Under the pieces are notes generated by a model. The model saw only the letters and a program-made list of their open reading frames with translations, made no database searches and was not told the DNA's origin. The translations under genes and the position numbers were made by a program. A stretch of DNA of 50,466 bases from Octopus bimaculoides (taxonomy: Eukaryota), in NCBI RefSeq assembly GCF_001194135.2, contig NC_068995.1, positions 266,872 to 317,337 of the forward strand, given 5' to 3'. Of the stretch, positions 1 through 12,708 are shown piece after piece (within the stretch, counting starts at the first letter, position 1; the number at the start of each line of letters is the position of its first letter).

Positions 1-2
1 CT

Positions 3-47
3 CCGATGAAGGGATATAATAAATATCGTGGAAACAGCTGTAACACC
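3..47 (+). ncRNA. Degenerate type I hammerhead-ribozyme-like motif (Penelope/retrozyme-type relic)
   Basis: CCGATGA (core CUGANGA with U4>C), partial stem II GATAT/ATATC (13-17/23-27), GAA, palindromic ACAGCTGT (34-41), then A. The stem I partner would lie outside the window. Confidence 0.35.
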
Positions 48-126
48 TATTTATAAATATTTTGAAATATACAGAACCTTGGTTTTTTTATCTCATTACG
101 AAAAGTATATATATATATATATATAT

Positions 127-173
<47 letters not shown>

Positions 174-491
174 AGAGAGAGAGAGAGAAAGAAAGATACC
201 ATTGGCAACGAGGGTAAAATATAAATATATATTTTCCTCTCCATGGTACACAGAAACGATCGTAAACTCACTCTCACCTTTCTTAACTAATTAGATAATG
301 GCTTCCTAGCGCAAAAGACACACTTGTAACTTATACCTGCATATATATATATATGCATGTATGTCTATGTATACACATATTTATGTATATTTCTTTGTAA
401 TGAAGTACAGAGCAATTGTTTTATTTTGTTGTTCTTATTGATGCTGCAGTGATTACTATTGATCTTGTGAATATTATTCTGGTCGCACAAA

Positions 492-630
492 GGCCTGGTG
501 GATTGGTTAAGAAGTCTGCTTTGCAGATATATAGAGTCAGGTTCGATCCCAGTCAACTGCGTTGGGGGCAAACATCTGCTATAGCTTCTGGTCGACCTAA
601 ACATTGCTTGTGAAATTGGATCACCGGAAA
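492..630 (+). mobile_element. SINE family A, degenerate tRNA-derived head plus CORE-like segment
   Basis: A-box-like TGGATTGGTTAAG and B box GGTTCGATCCC (540-550). The downstream ctatagcttctggtcgacc resembles the ctatagc..gggccgacc segment of the better copies at 12361 and 34751. Confidence 0.55.
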
Positions 631-1138
631 TAAATATCTTTCATATTTTGTCTAAATATGATCGGTTACGACTTAAGTCTTCTTTTCTCCTGCTGGTCCC
701 ACTTAAGATACAGGTACGGTCGCTTCACAACATATTGATTCTTTCATCATCAACATCATTCTTATCATCATCATCATCAATAACAACTATTGCGGCGGCA
801 GTAATAATAACAGAATCGCAACAACGACAACAATAACAACATCAACAAGAACACCACCACCACCACCATCATCATCTTAATCGACTTCAACATCATGAGC
901 AGCAAAAATAGCAACAAGAGGGGGGAAATGGAGGGAGGATGTTTTAGGAATAGAAGGCCGATGCTAAGTCTGTAGCATTGCACATCTGGACTGACCTGGT
1001 GTTAACAGCAACAACAGCTAATAACCCGATAATCCTGCTAATATAAATCCCCTCCTCCAGTGTCACGACCTTCATCTATTTTTCTAAACTAAATATTACA
1101 AACAATTGACTTCATGTTCTTCAGTTTTATTCTCTTTT

Positions 1139-1141
<3 letters not shown>

Positions 1142-1200
<59 letters not shown>
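1142..1200. repeat. (TA)n microsatellite
   Basis: About 30 perfect TA units. Representative of dozens of TA, TG, TC and TACA tracts across the window. Confidence 0.95.
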
Positions 1201-1203
<3 letters not shown>

Positions 1204-2386
1204 GTATTATATTTGTTAGTGTCTTTATTAACTAAATTTATTTGTTTAAGGTTGGCGACTACCATGCTATTATGTTTCTGCATGAAGCAGCTGAGTCAGT
1301 CGTGTCTCATAATCATAACTTTATGATGTCATAGCGCCATTTTGTTTCTTGTTTTACTTGTCCTGTTCACTTTTCTCGTTTTCTACTACTTTTATTCCTC
1401 TTTTTTGTGTGTGTTTTTTTAATGTTTTTTTTTTACGATTTGTGCGCGTGAATTCTATGTGATGGGTGTTCGCCACCACAACCTCGCTTAGGCTTAGCAG
1501 CTCTTCCTGTTTCTTTTCACTGTCCTGTTTTTGCCACCAATCTTGACCCTCCGCCAAATCCCAAATTTTATTTAATATACTTTGCGAGAGCAACTGTTTT
1601 GTCGAAGGCGTATCTTGTCGTGAATTGCTCGAAATACGAGTTAGAAAAACAGCCGACAACTGATGAAGGGTCGTTCTTTGTGTTGATTCTCTTGTTTTCC
1701 ATTTGTTTCTTTCGTTGTTCGCAAAAAAAGTTCATATTCCATGTCCTCGTACTTCGTATTTTTGGTTGTTTACGTTTTATGACGCCCTGTGCCCACATAT
1801 GCATACGTATATACGTATAGATGTAAGTATTTACGTATACGTATGTATNNNNNNNNNNNNNNNNNNNNNNNNNNNNNNNNNNNNNNNNNNNNNNNNNNNN
1901 NNNNNNNNNNNNNNNNNNNNNNNNNNNNNNNNNNNNNNNNNNNNNNNNNNNNNNNNNNNNNNNNNNNNNNNNNNNNNNNNNNNNNNNNNNNNNNNNNNNN
2001 NNNNNNNNNNNNNNNNNNNNNNNNNNNNNNNNNNNNNNNNNNNNNNNNNNNNNNNNNNNNNNNNNNNNNNNNNNNNNNNNNNNNNNNNNNNNNNNNNNNN
2101 NNNNNNNNNNNNNNNNNNNNNNNNNNNNNNNNNNNNNNNNNNNNNNNNNNNNNNNNNNNNNNNNNNNNNNNNNNNNNNNNNNNNNNNNNNNNNNNNNNNN
2201 NNNNNNNNNNNNNNNNNNNNNNNNNNNNNNNNNNNNNNNNNNNNNNNNNNNNNNNNNNNNNNNNNNNNNNNNNNNNNNNNNNNNNNNNNNNNNNNNNNNN
2301 NNNNNNNNNNNNNNNNNNNNNNNNNNNNNNNNNNNNNNNNNTGGGTGGGTGGCGGTGGTCTTCGATGAAATAGTGTGAAGTGGTGG

Positions 2387-2438
2387 TGGGAGTAGAGCGG
2401 TTAGGAGTGGTGGGAGTAGAGCGGTTAGGAGTGGTGTA
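2387..2438. repeat. 24-bp tandem duplication
   Basis: GGTGGGAGTAGAGCGGTTAGGAGT occurs twice. Confidence 0.85.
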
Positions 2439-2515
2439 CCTTGCTGCCTGAGTACTCTTACTGCATTCTTTATAGTATGAATATATATAAATATACGCAC
2501 ACACATATATACTCG

Positions 2516-2552
<37 letters not shown>

Positions 2553-2618
2553 ATACACATACATACACATACATATATATATATATACATATATATATAC
2601 ATATANNNNNNNNNNTAC

Positions 2619-2650
<32 letters not shown>

Positions 2651-2972
2651 ATACATATATATATATACATATATATATACATATATATATATACATATAT
2701 ATATACATATATATATACATATATATACATCCCTTTCGTCATGCTTTCTACTGTGTCGTCGCTCAGACCAATTTGAAATTTTAAAATAGGTTTTTCAAAA
2801 GCAAAATTGGTTTTCTTAAAGAATTGCTCCCTGTAGGGGCCGATTCGATATAATAACTTTTGTCACCTGCTCCTGGTCAGCTCCGCAACGAAAATAACGT
2901 CTTTAAGTGTGCAAAACAAAGTGAATTTCACAAACTTATGGTCTGACGCTAAATCATGACTGGCCATTCAGA

Positions 2973-3036
<64 letters not shown>

Positions 3037-4144
3037 CGTGCGTGTATGAAGATGATGAAATTTTTATTGGCCCAAGGCTCAGCACAACATCAAATGACAC
3101 ACACAAGAACGAAATACAATACACTAATAAAGATTATGACAATGATTATAATAGTAGTAGTAGTAGTGGGGATAATAATAATAATAATAATGTTTTCCCA
3201 TATCTACCTAATTCTTTTTGATGTAAGAAATAAAACTATTGATTTGTTTCCCAAACGGTTGATAATAATAATAATAAAAATACAAATTATGGCATTTGAA
3301 AATTCCTCCATATTGTAAAAATACCTTCTTTTACCAGTTCTATTTTCTGGTTTTGAGACAGAGGCAGTAGAGTTACTGAGAGAGGGGTAAAGAAAGAGAC
3401 GGGGGGGGAGAGAGAGTTAAATTTAGTGTGAGGGAGAGAGAAAACTTGAGATAAAAACAGGGATTAGACAGAGAGAGAGAGAGAGTAGTAGTAGTGGTAT
3501 TTGAATTAGATTTAGCGCACGTGAGAGAAAGAGAAAACTGGAAAGAAAGAGAGAGAGAAGAAAAAGGAGAGAGAAAGAGAGCATTAATAGAGGAAAAGGG
3601 AGAGAGAAAGAGAGCATGAATAGAGAAAAGGGTTAGAAAGAATTCCCGGGCCATTATCATTGATTCCCTTGACCCCGATTACATCGACATTCTTCTTGCC
3701 GCCATAATATCGCCTTCCTTTTTTGGACATCTATATCATTAGCTTTCTTCTCAGATGTTTTTTTTTTATTAATTTAGGATCCAAAACAAATCACATACAA
3801 ATGATTGACAAATAACCGCCAACTGGTTTGTCTTTTCATACAGATGGAACAGTGAAAAGAAAAATAGAAAGAATTTATTAATGAACCTTTGAATATAAAA
3901 CTACGGTAATTAATTTCATTAGGCGTTACTGCGGGAGCACATCAGTTATTTTTACTGTTGTGAATACGATAAACACGAGTTTATATCCAGAAAAAGTATG
4001 TTTGATATCAATTGTACTTCATATTAATTAATAGTCGGACTAAACGTTGGTGAGTTCGTTGACTTCTCTTGTCACGTTTTGCATATCGTATAGAAAAAGG
4101 AAGAGAGAGAAAAACAGAGGGAGGAGGGGGAAAGTAAAAGTGAG

Positions 4145-4184
<40 letters not shown>

Positions 4185-5627
4185 TTAATATAAGGGGTGT
4201 ACGGTGAGTGTCTCATAACTTTGTGAGGAATTCACATATTCTTCAATAAAATCTTGCAGAGATTGGTTTTTGAAAGTGTAGATCGCGATTATGCTGATAA
4301 AATTTAGAAAATTTAGTGACAGTTATTTATTGCAGCCATTCACATGAAAAATTTGTTTTATTTAAATTTATTTTAAGGTAATACATATTTGCTTTGATAA
4401 CTGTTAAATTATTCTTCCGAAGTACTCGTCATATGACGGGTATCATTCTAGTGTGTATATCGTGTGGCTACGAGATTTGGCTGGTATGCGGTCACAAATG
4501 ACAAGTCTTTCTTGTTCGAGTGAAGACAGCTCCAAGGATTTGAGAATATTCGCGTAAGATACCGTGTGCATATACGTAGGTGTATGTATAAATAGGTATA
4601 TACATATACACTCATGTTATGGGTGCACGTGTTTGTGTTTATATATATATATGCCAAATGTATAAGACACTGTGTATATGTTTATTATAGAAATCTCAAA
4701 TAAATAATCATTGAATGATTTTTCAATATTCTTTACTGCATCCTGCAAATCGATAGGATTTGTAGGAAAAGTGTATCTCTTAGATTTGTTGTTTCGTGGA
4801 AAAGTTTAGTATTTCCAGCTTTCCATGTAATAATGGTGTTGTTCCACAGTATTTCGTGCCTCTGATAATTGGCAAAAATGAGAACCTATCACCCGGATTA
4901 ATAGGTCCTAAGTTATCCTTTTTTTTTTTTTTAAACCAAAAGCGTTCTGTTTTTCCATAAATTTAAGTGAAACATTCACATTTGCCGCGCAGCTGATCTT
5001 GTTTTTTACCTTATAAAACTGTATCTGGTGTGTTGTGTATGCTGTATTATTGGATTGTTTCCCCACTCTTCCCTATTTTTTAAGCTGTAGATACAATTTG
5101 GTCCTGTGATCTTTGTACGACCGTCAGGACAACCCTTCCTCAAGAAAGCCTTATAAACAGTTTTTGCAGCCATATTATGTCTGAAAATATGAATAGTAAA
5201 GTTGTGAGCGATATCTTCGTTACCTAAATACCGGCACGATCATCATTTCTTCGCATCAGTGTTGGGAAACCTCCTTAGTTCTCTTTTATTGATCAGATAT
5301 TTATCTCCTGTTTCTCCATAAGCGTCGACGTTGGGCCTGATTCATGTAATCGTGAGCCACGCTCGACAGCAGCTCTTTCCTCAATGTTGTTTGTATCCTC
5401 TACCTTATGAGACATACACAATGTTCTCTCGATAAAATGACTATTTCGTACCAAAGTTTCTGGTACGGAATAGTCATTTCAAACACGTTAGCCCAATTAC
5501 AGTTGGTTCGCAAAGAATAACTGTATACCCAGAACACCAATTTAGGAGTCCCCCATCTACTCCCAACATGTTATGTTCACTGTTAAACATTTATGTTCCA
5601 TGCATTCTCCTCTAATGACACAATGCA

Positions 5628-6765
5628 GTAACACGAGCTTCTGTCACTATCTTCAGGTCACTCGTCCTCATCCATAGCCACTGGTCCTCTTCTGTATCTG
5701 TCTTGGCATCCACATCTCTTGAAAACTGACCGTACATTTTCTTTTCTTTCCATGCATTTTGGGGGTTTTTTTTCGTTTCTTGTTTGAATTTTTCTTTATT
5801 TACACAATTTTCAGTGTTGATAACGCCGGCCTTCTTCGTATGTTTCAACAGCGGCTCCACAGCATTTTTTATATTACTACCCCAGGCTGTTTTCACCTGC
5901 TTCGATACAGTCCTGGCAACCGATTAAACCTCTCCCACCCTTTCTTCTGGACAAGTACAGTCTATCGGTGTCACTCTTAGCCTGGTAGGATCCGTGCACT
6001 GTCAATATTATTCTGGTCTCGGTATCCATTTTCTTCACTTCTCTCTTTAGCCATTTTATAATTCCCGCTCCATACCGAAGTGATGCTATCACTCACGTAT
6101 TAACTGCTTGGATTTTATTCCATTCAGTCAATTTCGAGCGCAACACCAACCTCAGTCTTCGGAAATATTCCATCCTCAGTTGCTCTTTCATTTCCTTATC
6201 CATTATCTCGTTGCACTCTAGTACACAAAGGTATTTGTATCCTTCCATTTCAATTTGCTTAATCAAATCTCTATTCGGTAATTCTATCCCTGCTAGGGGC
6301 TGTACCTTGCCTCTTTTTAGGTAGATTATTCCGCATTTCCTAAGTCCAAACTCCATTCTAATATCAGTATTAAAACAGTGGATCGTGTTCACCAAGGAAC
6401 CCACTTGTGTCTCATCTTTGCCATACAGTTTCAAGTCATTCATTAAGAGAAAGTGGTTGGGATTTTTCCTTTCGTTGGTACCCCAGGTTTGTTTTCCTAA
6501 GTACCAAAGTCAGGGGTATCATGCAGAGAACAAAAAGCAACGGAGGTTGGCTGTCACCCTGGAAAATCCCTCTTCTGATACCCAGGGTGCCCAAGCTTTT
6601 TCCGTTAGATGTCAGTTCGGTTTTCCATCCCACCATTCTTCTCTTCAGGAAACACGTTACATTCCTTACAGTTCCAAACAGATCGAAGCATTCGATGATC
6701 CACGAATGTGGAATCATATAAGCTTTGCGGTAGTCAATCCAGGTCATTTCCAGATTTGTTCTTCG
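5628..6765 (-). mobile_element. R4/Dong-clade non-LTR retrotransposon, reverse transcriptase region (pseudogenised)
   Basis: Consecutive minus-strand ORF pieces give WIDYRKAY..IPHSWI, RRGIFQGDSQPPLLF, MNDLKLY (decayed MDDLKLY), MEFGLRKC, GYKYL, SDTDRLYLSRRKGGRGL and WLWMRTSDLK, broken by stops and frameshifts. Confidence 0.9.
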
Positions 6766-6847
6766 TTTACCAGTGAAACACTGAGGTCGATAAAATCGAC
6801 TGGCCCCTTCCGCACGAATTTCAGGCCTTGTGCCTTTGGCAGAAAGT
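6766..6847 (+). mobile_element. SINE family B, 3' fragment
   Basis: taccagtgaaacactgaggtcgataaaatcgactggcccc...ggccttgtgcc matches the reverse complement of the minus copy at 15872-16018. It ends in (TAT)n. Confidence 0.6.
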
Positions 6848-7197
6848 ATTATTATTATTATTATTACTATTATTATTTTATTGTCTTTGCACAGCTTCTA
6901 ACGTTGGAGATGTACTACAAAGTCAGCTGTTCACTACCAGTGAACTAAAGTAACACCCTTATTTTTCGAGCACCATCCGGAATATTCGAGCGGTTCCAAG
7001 CAGTGCTGTTTTCTGCAAATGCTCTACCCTTATTTGTTCCATGTACGTCTCAAGATTTTTACTCACTGTTCCCAGGGCTCCGACAATTATTGGTACTACT
7101 ACTACCACCTTTTTCATCGACCACAACTGCTTAACCTCCCAAGCTAACTCCTTATATCTATCGCCTTTTATTTCTTCCTTATTGCATACCTTATTGT
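6847..7197 (-). mobile_element. R4/Dong-clade LINE 3' end: RLE C-terminus, short 3' UTR and (TAA)n tract
   Basis: Minus strand reads RYKELAWEVKQLWSMKKVVVVVPIIVGALGTVSKNLETYMEQIRVEHLQKTALLGTARIFRMVLEK*, with the stop near 6959. About 75 nt of UTR follow, then (TAA)n at 6847-6882. Closely similar to 44298-44470. Confidence 0.9.
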
Positions 7198-7659
7198 TGT
7201 TGTTGTTGTTCAGGCGTCAGTTCGTTACTTTTATAGTATTATTTCTTTTTATTACTGGAATTTTTATTTTTTATTTTGTGTAAAAAAAAAGAAAGAAAAA
7301 GAAATTTAGGTGTTGGCAAGATATGTTTCCCAGGCAATTAAATGGAAGACAAGCAATTATTGATGTGAACCACGATGCAGACTAACAAGTTTGGGTCATT
7401 AAATCGAGCCGTTGACGGATTGTTTCGGAGTTAATAACTTTTATTGTGTGGGAGACAAATGGAGGCGGCAACAACAACGCTAACTCGTCTCCAATGTCAC
7501 CTGAAACTATCAAAGAATTACTTCTGCCCACTGTAAAATTTATATACAGACATACATATATATATACATATATATATACCTACATGTGTGACTATGTGTA
7601 TATATACGTGCATATATATATATATACCTACACGCATACACACACACACACACACTCAC

Positions 7660-7692
<33 letters not shown>

Positions 7693-7800
7693 TACAATAA
7701 ATTGTCATGTACTCGGTGACGAGAATCACGGAAGACGGGAAACCGGCCCTTATAAGTTTGTATGACTCGAAAAGGATCTTTATACTTTATATATATATAT

Positions 7801-7990
7801 ATCCCAATGAAAAGAAAAAGTCAAAGAAAATTCTTTAACACATCTTTAATTATAAATGTTTCCGTGTCATTACGTGATTTTTCATTTAGAATTTTCGTGT
7901 AAACTGGCGTCGCAAATGGAGATGGTACGGAAGCATCTGTAACTTATAATTAGAGATGTGTTAAAAAATGTTGTCTTCTTTTCATTGGAT
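7801..7990. mobile_element. MITE-like element with about 70-bp imperfect terminal inverted repeats
   Basis: Left blocks CAATGAAAAGAA, TTAACACATCT, TAATTATAA and ATGTTTCCGT recur as reverse complements at 7921-7990. A (TA)n run lies on the left flank. Confidence 0.65.
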
Positions 7991-8305
7991 TATTTATTCT
8001 TCCCCAAACCATATGACGGTATAATCGTCGTGAAACATGGATTTTATACATCAGAAGTATTCCTAGCCTTGGCTTGGATCCTGACAGCGTTGATAACCCA
8101 GAACTTAGGTTGAATGCTTCTCTGGAAATACTCCAGTTTCACACTCAAACTGACCTTAGCCATTTGCTATACATACATTAATATAGAATACTTTTTTCCT
8201 GAATGTGTGAAGTTTTATAGTTTCTTATACTGGTTGCCTCCCTTGCACTATCGTTTGAATTTAAACAACTGACTTTTATAATTTCAAGTACTTGAAATTA
8301 TATAT

Positions 8306-8363
<58 letters not shown>

Positions 8364-8589
8364 GTATATATATGTATTGTTTTAAGTTTCGTGGGATTAT
8401 ATGGGGGTTATTTTCGTGGGATTAGATGGAGGGACGAGTTAAAGCTGTCAAACAATTTCTCAAATTGCAGTTACATTGAAAGAAAGATTATTATCCTCAG
8501 AATGTAGAATCATCCTCTGCTATTTCTTGCAGAGATGTCTAGCGAGAAAATCAGAAAAAATGCTGCACTAAGAACTATAATGTATGTAT

Positions 8590-8703
8590 CCAATATTGGT
8601 CAGTCTAAAAAACCCAATTCACCCTCATGATAACATCTCGGAAATGATTCTGCACATGTAGAAGAAATTGGCTTTCGTAACTTTATCATAGCCAACTTAT
8701 TCC

Positions 8704-8772
<69 letters not shown>

Positions 8773-9000
8773 GACAGCCGCTGTTTCAAAAATTTCTTGC
8801 AAACAGTGTTCAACGACTAAGTGGTAATCAAAGCTTCTTGAAAGAAATCTTCGATTCTGGAACCCGAGAATTTGCTGCTATTTGAATAAATGAACCTTTT
8901 TCTTGTTGACGAAATTGGGCAGATTTCAATGGTTTATAATCTGATGCAGTTTTAAAGCGTTTTTCCCAAACGAGGGATTTCTGATCCAATGTATTTTAAG
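8590..9000 (-). mobile_element. Possible hAT (Buster/Charlie-like) transposase C-terminal relic split by (TC)n
   Basis: Minus strand gives WIRNPS (compare WIRNPF) at 8971-8988, then QEKGSFIQIAAN..KISFKKL*LPLS and FPRCYHEGELGF (compare FPTTYLCExGF). Highly decayed, resemblance by eye only. Confidence 0.3.
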
Positions 9001-9670
9001 TCATATTTTTATAACTGAACTCGCTTCGCCACATATCATTAATAAAGACTTATTTCTCTATTTCTCTATTTGTTCTCTAATTGTAATTTAACTTAAAGCA
9101 AATGGTTGAAAACTGCAATTATTTTGGCGTCAAATTGACAGCAACATAGGGGTTTGAGTTCCTCCTGTTTGTAGTGAACCAGCAGTTCTGGGTTTATTCA
9201 TGTAGACTTCGAATGACCCTCTTGCCTTCCTGGCAAGGTTTGATCGCAATAATCTATCATTCAAATAGGAAAATGTGGGGAAGCAGGAAAGCAGCTCCGT
9301 TCGCACAGCATTGCACGTAATTTAGACGAGCGAACGACATCTAATTTGGGGATTACATATTATTTCTTCGGTGAATTTATTGCCGAATAAATATGGAATT
9401 ATTTCTATTTCAGCAAATATTCCTACCGAACCAATAATTCTTGGAACAGAATAACACATAATTACATACATTCACAAATATGATCTCCCCCTCTTTCTCT
9501 CTCTGACACACACACACACTAAATGATTACCGTAGACAGTTAAACAAATTGCAATGACTACTTTTATGCTTCCTACTATTAAACTGAAACTATAATACAT
9601 ACAAACAAACACACACTCACACACACATATATATATATAATTTATCCAAAAGAAACGAAGAAAAAACAAA

Positions 9671-9740
<70 letters not shown>

Positions 9741-10213
9741 NNNNNNNNNNNNNNNNNNNNNNNNNNNNNNNNNNNNNNNNNNNNNNNNNNNNNNNNNNNN
9801 NNNNNNNNNNNNNNNNNNNNNNNNNNNNNNNNNNNNNNNNNNNNNNNNNNNNNNNNNNNNNNNNNNNNNNNNNNNNNNNNNNNNNNNNNNNNNNNNNNNN
9901 NNNNNNNNNNNNNNNNNNNNNNNNNNNNNNNNNNNNNNNNNNNNNNNNNNNNNNNNNNNNNNNNNNNNNNNNNNNNNNNNNNNNNNNNNNNNNNNNNNNN
10001 NNNNNNNNNNNNNNNNNNNNNNNNNNNNNNNNNNNNNNNNNNNNNNNNNNNNNNNNNNNNNNNNNNNNNNNNNNNNNNNNNNNNNNNNNNNNNNNNNNNN
10101 NNNNNNNNNNNNNNNNNNNNNNNNNNNNNNNNNNNNNNNNNNNNNNNNNNNNNNNNNNNNNNNNNNNNNNNNNNNNNNNNNNNNNNNNNNNNNNNNNNNN
10201 NNNNNNNNNNNNN

Positions 10214-10275
<62 letters not shown>

Positions 10276-10385
10276 CTGTATCGGTGTGCGTACGTGCAAC
10301 TATGTAGGAATGTAATGTATATATGTAATTATATATATACAGTATGTGTGCGGGCACGCTCATTGATATACACAAATATATATGC

Positions 10386-10416
<31 letters not shown>

Positions 10417-11225
10417 TACAGTTTTCTTGGGCGCTGCATATTAATGCCTCAGATTTTAATTCGGAAAATGGAGCGACATGGCCAAACAGACTGAGTTGGC
10501 GCTCCTAAAACGGACATCTAACACGTCGTATCCAAATCTTCTCATGAAACTTTGCAACATACCATTAAAAATTCCAAGTATTTATAGTCTTTGTTCTCCT
10601 CAATCATGCTACACTTTTTAATATGGATGATGCTGTGATGACTAGCATCAACACGTGGACGTCCATCTTTGTTGAGATGGCTTTGCATATTGGCTACGAT
10701 TGACTGAAACCAATCGCTTACGGCACGTGGTTCCATCCTTGTTTTAGACATGTGTGCTCTATTTATAGAGAGTACGAATAGTTTGTTCGTTTGGTGTTAT
10801 ACGTGTACTATTCTCGTTTTGGGCAATGAAATTACAATCAGCAACACCCCTTACAGATATATATATATATATAAATATGTATGTATGTGTGTATGTATGT
10901 ATATATATATATATATATGGTATGTGTGAATATATATATGGTAACATAGGTTTCCCATTGTCTTGAGAATATGCCTGTCCATACACAGTGCATGGGAAAC
11001 AAACGCAATACATTCTCATGTCTTCTTTATGCGTGTATATATATGTATAAGTGTACATGTGTGTGTGTATGTGTTTATGTATTAATGCGTGCATGTGTCG
11101 AATGTCTACAGCATTCTTTCTAATCTGCTTCAAACTGGAAATACCAATGTCTGAGCTTACATTATCTTCATTCTGTGAATGTCGCAGTCCTGAACCTCGT
11201 GTTACGATGAAGTAAGGAATTCAAT

Positions 11226-11262
<37 letters not shown>

Positions 11263-12305
11263 GCGCACACACACATATACATACATACATTCGTACGTGC
11301 ACACAAATATATGGATACGTACATACACATATTTACATACATGCATTCATACATACATATAGAAAAGGAACGCCAACGGATCACTAGTAAGGAGTCTGAG
11401 ATTCCAGTCCCCAGCCCAGCTTCATACCTATTATTATTGCAGGAACAGATTACGTAGCAACCCGCCACCCGTCTGGAGAAAAGTATGGCTCAGTTTCGGT
11501 TCTTCGGGAGAGAATGCAACTCCTGAATTTATCCACTACAAATGATCGCGATATCTGTGACTATAGAAATCTGCAAAACCTTTTTAAGATGATGAAGGAA
11601 AGAAGATACTCTCTTTCAGAATATTCTTACCAACCATGTGGTCGTTGGACAGAATGAACTCTACAGAAAAAAAAAGAATATTCACACAGAGACACACAGA
11701 TATACATGCAGCCATACATACATACATACATACATAAGTACAAACATCTATACAATTTATAAAAACAAAATACAATGTTATCCGATAAAAACTGCTCTGG
11801 GACAAATATTGAGAAACCCAAAGTGGTTGAATATACAGATAAACATCAGCAGAAAGAATACTGGCGGGACATTCCCATTAAATTTTCTAACAATTGAAAA
11901 CAGACAATAAACAAGTATGTGCCATCATAGAGGTCAGCTGCACTTGGTTTTGTGAGTAAATGCCCAAGTGATAAGAAAGATGAGCTAGGGTTTTCAGAAA
12001 ACGAGACCAATCAGCTGACTGATTTTGGGAAGAGCAAAAATATACAAGAGTTTTGTAAAGTTTAGAAGAGGAATTGGTTTCTGTTTTCTACGTTGCAAAG
12101 GTGGCGCCTGTGCCTTTGTTAGAAACCAGCTCCTTACTTGTAGGGAAGACTTCAAATAATTAAAAATAGAAGAGAACATACTGCCATATGCATTTATATA
12201 ATATAATGTGATATGTACAATTATATACATCCATATATATAATATAATGTAATATATATGTATATATATATATATGTTTATTTGTATGTATATATAATAT
12301 ATATG

Positions 12306-12360
<55 letters not shown>

Positions 12361-12361
<1 letters not shown>

Positions 12362-12512
12362 CGACGGGCTTCTTTTAGTTTCCATCTACCAAGTCCACTC
12401 ACAAGGCTTTGGTCGGCCCGAGTCTATAGCTGAAGATAATTGCCCAAGGTGCCACGCAGTGGAACTCAAACCGAAACCATGTGGTTGGGAAGCAAGCTTC
12501 TTAACCTCATCC
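12361..12512 (-). mobile_element. SINE family A head plus CORE-like segment, abutting (TG)n at 12309-12360
   Basis: Reverse complement reads ..aagaagcttgcttcccaaccacatggtttcggtttgagttccactgcgtggcaccttgggcaa.., which is near-identical to 34751-34910. Confidence 0.85.
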
Positions 12513-12610
12513 TCACGTATCTATATTTTTTACATGCATATCTAACTATCTGGTTAGACAGATAGAAATAGATACATGCATGCATACATACCCACACACA
12601 CACGCATGCA

Positions 12611-12613
12611 TGC

Positions 12614-12696
<83 letters not shown>

Positions 12697-12708
12697 TGTG
12701 TGTGTGTG
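12611..12708. repeat. (GCGT)n tetranucleotide microsatellite grading into (TG)n
   Basis: About 22 units of alternating purine-pyrimidine sequence, CpG-rich. Confidence 0.95.

Noticed and set aside
1354-1659. Minus ORF with LSQSILNKIWDLAEG, resembling an EH-domain helix (L.KIWDLAD)
   Set aside because: No EF-hand loop follows, the C-terminus is low-complexity, and no supporting exons were found. Probably a chance match within a dispersed repeat.
7709-7748. GTGACGA..GAAACCGG hammerhead-like spacing
   Set aside because: C3 is altered, stem II does not pair and there is no stem I partner.
10542-10751. Minus ORF with DYKYLEF, like the RT domain-7 YKYLG motif
   Set aside because: A single weak motif with no neighbouring RT motifs in register.
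11443-11482. 40-nt AG..GT candidate exon reading TDYVATRHPSG, like the CMGC kinase TDYVATRWY motif
   Set aside because: The WYRAPE continuation is absent, the polypyrimidine tract is poor and no other kinase exons occur in the window.
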